DNA of 64,000 bases from Eledone cirrhosa (taxonomy: Eukaryota). The position numbers and the translations under genes are program-made. Position 1 is the stretch's first letter, and each line of letters starts with the position of its first letter. The notes under the pieces are model-generated. The model searched no databases, was not told where the DNA came from, and was given only the letters and a program-made list of their open reading frames with translations. Location of the stretch: positions 92,504,001 through 92,568,000 of the forward strand of contig OZ024741.1 in assembly GCA_964016885.1 (NCBI GenBank). The letters are read 5' to 3'. Below, piece by piece: positions 54,932 through 64,000 of this stretch.

Positions 54932-57900
54932 TAATATATTGTGTAACATTCCTGTGCCACCTCTCATTTTTATACACCTTTGTTAATCATTCCCCCATTC
55001 CATCCATAACCATTTCTAACAAGTCTATTTACTTATGATTGTTAGTTAGTGGCAAAATAAAATAAAAACATATTACTGCTTTAAGTATTTTGATACCAAA
55101 CCGACCTAGTTCTCTGATACAAGGTTAAGATATTTATATTTACCCAAAAACCTCCCGTCATAGTTTTTGCTATAATTTTCGTTAAGTTTTGTTTTGAAGC
55201 CCAACTGAGAAAATATTACTAAACCCCTTCAAAGTCTTGATAATTTTCTAAATTATTTGAAAATCACTTCATTATAAATATGGTAACGAAAGTGTTACTG
55301 CTTTAACAAAGATATGCCTTACAGTACTTTGTCACATATCTCTATATACTTAATTCAAATCCTCTCAAGATACAAAAAAAATAACATTCTTATCATCAGC
55401 TTTACATGATTTTTTCATGCTGGTATGAGCCGGACGACAGTTTTAAGGTTAAAAGCTCTCCCTAATGCTAAACCTCATTTGTTTTTCTAGTTAGACTACT
55501 GTCTGCATAGAACATGAACAAATATCATTGCCTGCATTAGTGATATCACAAATACGAAACAAAGAGAAGAAAGTTCAAATCCTGCCAGAGTAAAAGATAT
55601 CATCGTCATCTTCATCTATATTATTATCAGTTTTACCTGTATTTTTCCATGCTGGTATGGTTTGGACGAGGCATTTTAAGACAGAATTCTAGGACTGAAT
55701 GTCTTTCCTGATGCCAACCCACACTTATTTTGTTTTGTTTGTTTGACTTTTTTTTTAAGGTTGGGTACGGATTTTCAAGCAGAGTGACGATATGCCATAA
55801 TACAGCACATCTGTCCACCATTACAAATGCAGCAACACTAAATGTATATGTGGTGACAGACAGGAAACTATATTTGGTGAAAGAACAGACAAATGGGGCT
55901 TAAGTTTGGTAAATCATGTGACCTCTCCAGTATTGGTGACACGATAAAATGCGTCAACTCCACCCTATAAAGTGGAAGTGATGGTACCACGAAAAAAGAA
56001 AACGTAGCCACTACACCTTGTAATGTGCTGGTGCGACAAGGAGCACCCAGTTCACTCTGTAATGTAGTTGTGCTGGTGCCACGAAAGAAAAGCATACAGT
56101 ATATCCTGTAAGCTAGTAGGTGTTAGGAAGGGTATCCAGCCGTAGAAACTGCATCAAACATGGACGTAGTCGCCAGATCGGTCTCACCTCAAAATGTGAC
56201 AACCTATCCAAAACATGGCAGCGTGGAAAGCGAATGTAAAAAAAGATGATGATAACCACTGAACCACAAGATAACTTTACATGGAAAGTAAACAAATATC
56301 ACAGCCTGCATCAGCGATATCACAGGTATGAAGGGTAAAAATTAACATTAAAAGAGATGGGATATACAAGAGTAGATCTTATTTGTCAACTCTCTAGGTT
56401 GGGGTCAATGAAACAACTTTATAATTTCCATTGCAATAAAGTTTTTTCATGCCTTCTTGTTAATCGTTGTTTCCTCGCACATCAAACTATGAAACGTCAC
56501 GAACATACTTCGTTCGTTTATTCCTACTCATTATCATTGCATTGACTTCTGGCTATAATTGACGTTGAGACCACTTTAGGATCATGTCTCTTCATCTACG
56601 ATTAGGGCTTTCTTTTTCCTGATATCATACCCCTTCAAAAGATTTTATAGCGACTACAAGTTGGGTGTCAAACAGTTTAAGAAATAGAAGTGTCTTGTTC
56701 TTACGAGCTATTCTTTCATGTGACTGGTCGTTGGTGGAAAGGTGACATGTGCAAACCGGTCGCAATAGGCAGTCAGCTCCATGTAGTTCAAATTTGCTGT
56801 TATTACTAGGTTTATATTTCTTAATTCTTTGATTCACAATTTCCAATTAAATTCCTCTCACTGGCTTTTACTTCTGGTGACTGCAATACCGCAGGTGTGA
56901 CATTTTTGAAATAGGGAGCACTCATGTTCATATGTTCCTTGATCTGTATGTTTAACTTCTAGACAGCGCTTCCAATGTGTGAGCCACTACATTTTCTGGA
57001 AAATATTTCTTCATTCATTTGATAAAGATTCTAACCTTGAAATATGATATATAGGGTAAAAACTATTATTTTGTTTTGTCTTTCTTACTTTACTCAAGTT
57101 CTACCATTATATTTCCTATTCACATTGTACTGGCTTTCTCAATACAGGCTTCATATAAATTATACCACAGCATTTAAACATTTCCCCTTTGTTGGCTGCT
57201 GTATTAGGGTAGAGCTGTAAATTTGAACAAGGTGGCAGCAAATTTGATTTTGAAAATTGTCACAGGATAAAATTTCAAAAGATTCTATATCAGATGGTAC
57301 CAAACACCAAGTAGATTTTAAATAAAACAAGTGTTTATTAATTAATTTAGCCACATATGACAGTAGTAGTAACCAAAAGACGTGTGTAGAGAATGTGAAA
57401 CCCATGTGATACCTCTTTCAATATCAACAGATTCCATATCACGTGGTACAAGAGACCCAGTAATATTTTAAATGAAAACAAAAGTTTATAAATTAACATA
57501 GCTACATATGACAGTAACCAAAAGATAAGGGTGTAGAGAATGTTAAGAATCAAGTCTTTCATTCTTTCAGTAAAATTTGAAATAAATGAGTTTATTAGTT
57601 GACATAGCTATATGTCAAAAGACAAATATGTAGAGAATGTCAAATGTTTTGTCATAACCCTCAGATGGTACCAGAATGCCAAGTCTGACTAACTCATTAA
57701 AACTTCAAATAATACGACAGTTTATTTGTTAACAGTCACATATAGCAGTAATAACCTACAAACATGAATGTAGAACATGTCAAGAATCAGATCTTTGACC
57801 ATCTCAGTAAAACTGGAAATAAAAGGAGAGGGTTTATTACTGATTATAGCCACACATGGCAGTAGTAACCAAAAAACAAATATGTAGAGAGTGTCAAGTA

Positions 57901-60900
57901 TTGATTCTTTGACTATCTCAAGAGTGTCAATATTTACAGAAGTTTTTATATTAAACTCAGAAAGCAAAAATGTAAATTTAGAAGAAAAAATAAATAAAAA
58001 AATAAATAAAAATTGTAAAGTTCAAAGTAAGTTAAGTATCTAAATGTGTGGATATTTCCATAAAAATGTTGTTGTTGCTTTTCTTTTTCCATTTTTTTTT
58101 TTTTTGTTCTTCATAAAATTGGAGGATGAGATCAATAGAAAAATAACATGTTTACTCTCACAAAGTTTGGATTTAAAATCATCATCTATCATATCTATCT
58201 ATCTATCTCTCTCTCTCTCTTATCTATAGTTGGTAATAACAGCAGCTGCTGTTACAGATAGAAGTATAAATCAACACAGAAAACAATGTTATTTGAGTTG
58301 TAACATCTACTGGTTATAACAATCATTCCTGATATATTAGAAAGAAAAATGAACAAAAAACTGTCCATTATAAAAAAAAATTGATAGGTATTAAAGTGTG
58401 AAAGTAGGATATTATTTTGTACAATTATGGTTAGCTTCTTCTGTCAGGGATAACCAACACTATATTATTATTATGATGATCATCATCATAAGTCTTATTT
58501 TCATTGCATGCTGTCACTGTATTACCGAGCACAGTTGTGTGTGCCTTGGGTATGTGCAGTGCTATGTTTTTGGTGTTGCTGTTTTTGTCATATTGAAAGA
58601 ACTCATTGTAATATGTGTGCAGTGCTTGGAAGTACTATTTTCTGTCATGTATATTATTGTAAGTTCTGTGAGTTTGGTTATGTATCTATGTGTGCAATTG
58701 TTCATCATTCCTAGAGCACCTATTATTATATGGACTGGTTCACATTATTATTATACTGCACTGTATCGGTCCAGTCATTTCTTATGAGGTTTAACTTGCT
58801 GTTTCTGGTGTTGTTTTAGTGTGTGTTCTGTTGTGTATGGTATGTTTAATATGAATTATGTTATTTTATTGGATATTAAATCTTGTAGAATATATGTCTT
58901 GTGAGTTGTGTTATTTTATTAGGTACTTATAGTATGTAGGCTGTTCTTAGTAGAGCTATATTTAGGTACTGTGTAGTGTTGTAAGCCATAGCATGGCGTC
59001 TGTCTTTGTTTTCTTCTTTTTTATCATACCTAGTGTTCAAATTATTATTGGCACTGTATTTATTATCATCATCAATATCATCATCAGGTTCAGAAAACAC
59101 AGCCAACTTTGAAAGAATGGACATTTTATTGTATTTTTAATGCATTATTTTGCAGTAACTGAGCTGACTGTTGAAGTGAAGTACAATTAATTGTGTAACT
59201 GCACATGACAATTGCAGTCAGGCACAGTCAAATGGTTAAGGTGAACAATATTGCACTTGGTTTGGAAACTGAATCAGACAAAACAACATTTAAATGCTAT
59301 ATAGAATTGTTGAATTCATCTACATGTCATCTTCAAAGAATCTTAGTAATTGTAAAACTTTCTACCTGACTTGCAGATATAATGTGTGTGTGTGTACACA
59401 TATAGATATACACACACACACACATGCATACACCCACATACATATGTATACACACATACACACACATATATATACATGCATTAGATGTATTTCTTCTACA
59501 TCATGCTTTTTCGTTTATCCATTCTGTCTCTTTGAAGAGCAAAACCTCAGGTGAATGTTGCCTCATGGTGTCAGTTGATAAAATTGAGTTATCCCAGAGG
59601 ATAACAAGGAAGATTCAATGAAAGAGCCAGTCAAACCTTAGTAATTATGAGACAAACTTCAAAACAAATGAGGAGATCAACAGAAAAAGTCACAGTGAAA
59701 GTATGTACAATGTGAAACATGCTAAGAACTATTTGAGGTACTATAGAGGTGTTTTGTATGGGGTTAGTGTAAGGGCATAGAATAGCATGTTCTGTGTGAT
59801 TTTAAATATATGTGGGATTTTTTTATTTTTAGGAAAGTTGAATATTCTAAAGACTCAACTACAAAATTACAATGAAGAGAGAGATCAGTTTAGAGTTTTA
59901 AAAATTTGTCAACCTTGTTTTCAAAATATTTTTTTTCATTATTATCAAGTGCCAATTTGGCAGAAAATTCAATACAAAACAAGAAATATTTTAAATAAAA
60001 TTTTGTCATTTCATTTCAGTTTACTTTTTTCTTCTTCATATATTCATTCCCATCAATCAATCTTTTTCTCTCCACATTAATCTTTCTTTTCTTTTTTTTA
60101 TTTTGCCGTATTTTTAATACACATTCAGGCTTACATCTCTTTTTGGAAAAACAAATCAAAATAATTTCTATTATTGTTTTGTTTTGTTTAAAATGAACTG
60201 ACACATTACTGAATAGATGTTATCAGACATCAAACATTGTTTCCCAATAAGAATTGTTATCAACAGAAAAACAATACCACAAACACTGTTGATATTTCAA
60301 AGATCAGAAAAAAGGAAAGGAGCCAATCATTAGATCAAACCAAGGAAACAATGTTTCCAATGGTCATTCCATTGCTGATACTATCTGCCAGATATAACTC
60401 CAGGCAGAAAGAGGTGAGATTTGAACTCAGAATGTGCAGAGCCAGATCAAATACCCTAAAGCATCCTGTTCAATTCTGCCAATCCACTACTCCTGGAGTG
60501 TTATTTTATTTATCAACTCGAAAAAGATGAAAGGCAAAATTAACTTCAACAGGATTTGAACTCAGAGTACAGAGAGTCAGACCAAATACTGAGGTGTTTA
60601 ATCTGTCACTCTAAAAACTCTGCCAATTTGCTGCAGATCAGAAAAGACCAATTAAGAAACAAAAAAAAAAAAAAAAAAAAAAAAAAAGACAAGTGTATTG
60701 TTCAAAAAGCACAGCAGACAAAAAAATGTTTATTTCTTTCTTTTTCATGCTCAGAAATTCTTGTATTGTGTTGGTTTGAGTGTGAGGTATTTTTTACCTA
60801 TTGCTTTAAGAAATGTTTGTATCAAACTTATTTTATTCATTTAACAAATTTTGTTTGGTTTAGTTTAATTTAAATTTTTGCAAAGAATTTTAAATATATA

Positions 60901-61640
60901 AATAAGTTGCAGAATAAATATCTCAGGGAAAATGAACAATAAATAGATGATTGGATGATGAAAAATATTAGAGTTTGGTGATTGGGGACTGAAGGTTTAT
61001 TTATTTGGTGTAATAGGGTCAATAAGGATATTTCTTGAAACAGAAATATGTGAATATATTTTATGAGTGAAATACAAAGTTGATAATAGCAAAAATATGG
61101 TTAACAGTGAGGGCAGAGAGGAACTTCAGATCGGTGACGGGAGATAAAAACTTTTTGGATAAAAATTGAAAGAGTCGTGTGAAAAACGGGTGGAAAATGT
61201 GAGAACATTAGAGAAAGTCTTAAGGGTTATTTAAAAAGAAAGCGGAGTCACAAAAGTAAATTTACGAAAAATGTTCTCAATGAAGAAAGTTCGGAGGATA
61301 TGTGTGTTTCAAATGAATGAAAAATTGAATGAATTGAGGGAGGGAGTGATCATCTGCACATTAATCAATCCTATGCTGTTATGGATAATCTCAAACAGCG
61401 CAGTGAAAGAAAGCAGTCACATAAGGCATCTCTCCACACATACACACACACAAACAAACACAGAGAGTGAAAGAGATAAAGCTCCTTAGAAGAAGCCATC
61501 TCAGGCAGGTTTCATGAATGTTTTAATCAGGCAGGTTTACCAATTTGTTTGTTAACCAAAAAAATGGCAGTATTGGTGGCAGCAGTAATTGAAGAGGAGA
61601 TGGTTAAAAGGTAGAAAGAGATGTTCATTACATCAACATC

Positions 61641-61835
61641 TTAACGGTGATCACTGGTATCGCAATCCAATAACAGTCTGAGCTCTTCCACGGATTTACG
61701 TTCATGCTCCTCCAAATGAGCACCATCTTGAAGTTCATGTCTATTCAAAAGCAGCGTCCTGACACCATATATACTTAAACCAAGATCCCGAAAGAGAAGG
61801 TCACCCCAATCACAGTCAAATTTGTTGATTTTTTC
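61641..61835 (-). CDS. KIAA0825: Terminal coding exon of a KIAA0825-like protein
   Basis: Acceptor TTATTACAG, phase 0, encoding EKINKFDCDWGDLLFRDLGLSIYGVRTLLLNRHELQDGAHLEEHERKSVEELR...TAA. The W..LL...L.L...LL.NR.E...LEE.E pattern recalls the KIAA0825 C-terminus (from memory; BLAST needed). Not in the ORF track. Confidence 0.72.
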   Translation of the reverse strand, partial: EKINKFDCDWGDLLFRDLGLSIYGVRTLLLNRHELQDGAHLEEHERKSVEELRLLLDCDTSDHR

Positions 61836-62044
61836 CTGTAATAAATGAGTAAAACATTAAAATAAATAACTTTTAAATAAAATGAAATGTTGTTTTGAAT
61901 GGTAAAAAAAAAAAGATTTATACTGAACTACAGCAGAAGGATTTGAACAGATAAAGAAAGACTTAATTTCTTAACACCCATAATCTAATAAATGAAGATG
62001 TTTTTTAAAAACATTTAAGTAAAACAAGATAAATTGTGACTTAC

Positions 62045-62247
62045 TTGATCTAGTTTGCTGTTGCCAATCTCATCAAAAGAATTAAGTGGGTTGAAGGAAG
62101 GCGGCGCTACTGGTGAGAAATCAATTTTAAAATTTGTAGATAAACTAATATTCCTACGAGGTAAACTTGTCTGAATGTTCAGCTGATTCTCAAGCCAGTC
62201 AGCATTGTGTACAATCAACCAATAGACATCTGACAGACAATCTATAC
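62045..62247 (-). CDS. KIAA0825: Penultimate coding exon of the KIAA0825-like gene
   Basis: Acceptor TTTTTCTCTTTCCAG and donor CAA/GTAAGT. The open frame IDCLSDVYWLIVHNADWL...FNPLNSFDEIGNSKLDQ splices in frame to 61835. Confidence 0.75.
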
Positions 62248-62534
62248 CTGGAAAGAGAAAAAACATGGATTCAGAAGGAATTTATAGATTATATTAGCCC
62301 TTTTGAAACAAAACTACCTGAAACTGCCCCTGGTTCTAAGATACTGTTTATTTTGAAGTGTTTATAGTTTTCTAAATACCTATCATCATAATTTTATGTA
62401 AGAACTTTTGTTGAGTTAAGCTCCAAACACTATCTTGACCCTTTTGTTACCATATTTCTAATGAAAGATACTTCCTATTTTTTAGAATTTGGAGAAATTT
62501 AGTAGCTTTGCTCCCTTCCAAGCAAACCTACAGA

Positions 62535-63260
62535 ATTTCTTTAAATCTAAACCATTCAATGTGGGAGTCGGACTCCACCAAGGGTACATACGGTCACCTC
62601 TCCTATTCATCATTTTCATGAACATGATTGACATGCACAGCTGGGTTAGAAGTGGTGTCACGACTGGCAAGTGTAAAATTGATCGGCTGGAATTTGCAGA
62701 CATGATATTACTTAACTCGACAGTATCAAGAACTTGCATTTGATACAGTTTGATGCTGAGTGCGGCATGGCTGAAATGAAAATCAGTGCTGCCAAAACTG
62801 AAACACTCATCCTCTCAGGGAAGCCTGTGCAGTGCACACTTTATATTTGAATGGAGTTCCACTGAATCAGGTGGAACAGTTCAAGAATCTTGGGGCCATG
62901 TCCACAAGTGATGGAAGGCAGGAGCTGGTGCATTACTGCACCAGCTTTGGCAATCGGTAACCAGAAGAAGGGAGGTAGGTGTAAAAGCCAAACTCACTAT
63001 CTTTAATATAATATTCATACCAACTCTTACCTATGGTCATGAATCTTGGGTAATGACTGAAAGAATACAATCGAGAATACAAGCAGTGCGAAATGGGGTT
63101 CCTCCGAAGGGTCTTTGTTGTAACATTACTCAATAGAGTGCGTAGCTTGGAGATTAGATTTTACGGGCAAAACAAACCGGCAGGAGACCCAAGGATAGAC
63201 CCCGAGCAAGCTGGCTGGACAACATCCATAAGCTTGGCTGGTCTCATTTGGGGATCCAGT
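62535..63260 (+). mobile_element. Decayed RTE-clade LINE RT/3' region in an intron, antisense to the host gene
   Basis: GVGLHQGYIRSPLLF, LEFADM, MKISAAKTE, PTLTYGHESWVMTER and EMGFLRRV across frameshifts. Confidence 0.85.
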
Positions 63261-64000
63261 TAAATCAGTTGGAAAAGTATAAACACTTTAAAATAAACAG
63301 TTTTGTAACATAGAACCAGAAGCAGTTTTAGGCAGTTTGGTTCAAAAGAGTTAATAATTAGAAAGTTAGTCATATTACTAAATCCCTCCAATTTATTGAT
63401 TATTTTCAAAAATATTCTATTTCAATGAAACCGGGACCAACTCTGGCTTATTAACATCTGGGCTTGAGACAGACTTTAAATTATCAATTAATTAATGATG
63501 AATGTAGAAATATATAGTTAGTTTGTAGATATTTTCTACTTTGTATAATAAGCAGAAAGAAAAAAATAATGAAAATATAGGGAAGGGGAAAGACTCTACA
63601 TCTGTCTAAGTGATATATTGAATCTGTGACCTGTAGACAAGAGTGTGAAAGCATTGCCACAGTAAACAGCCAGCGTTTCTCAATACATCGGCCACTCTAA
63701 CTCACTGGGTTCCTTTTTCAAGTGGTGGGCACTCCTCCTAATTTTGCAGAGGAAAATGGCAAACAAGTTTTAATGGTGAAAGTATTGTTGCAAACAAAAA
63801 TATCTATTCCAGTAACCCATGCTAGCATGGAAGATAGACGTTAAACGATGATGATGATGATGATTAATAAATATTAGTTATGGGTCAGGCAAGCAATGTA
63901 ATATGAAAGCAATTCAATGTCTTTGAAGAATACATAGTATATGTTCTATTCCAAGTGTCATAACAAAATGTTCAGCTAGCACAAGTATAATAAAGAATTT

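Overview
Eukaryotic, AT-rich and microsatellite-dense genomic DNA. The SINE and retroelement content suggests an octopod cephalopod (inference). Host genes: one exon of an aquaglyceroporin on + (21307-21446, with two candidate terminal exons further downstream) and the last two coding exons of a KIAA0825-like gene on - (61641-62247). Almost everything else is transposon-derived: several Penelope-like elements (PLEs; one full-length apart from a 1-nt insertion in an A-run), a head-to-tail stack of three Tx1/L1-clade LINEs inside a GATA/GGTA microsatellite, CRE and RTE fragments, tRNA-derived SINEs and a solo LTR. The main signal not shown by the ORF track is about 20 type I hammerhead ribozyme (HHR) motifs, found by eye and not verified by folding software. 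They occur in PLE pseudo-LTRs and in non-coding tandem or fold-back units of about 310-520 bp that resemble non-LTR retrozymes. Several have recurrent non-canonical cores (U3:A8 covariation, U4C, mismatched 10.1/11.1 pair), and two homologous units show compensatory stem changes. About ten palindromes or inverted repeats fit PLE-type 5' inversion insertions. Most short ORFs in the track are microsatellite artefacts.
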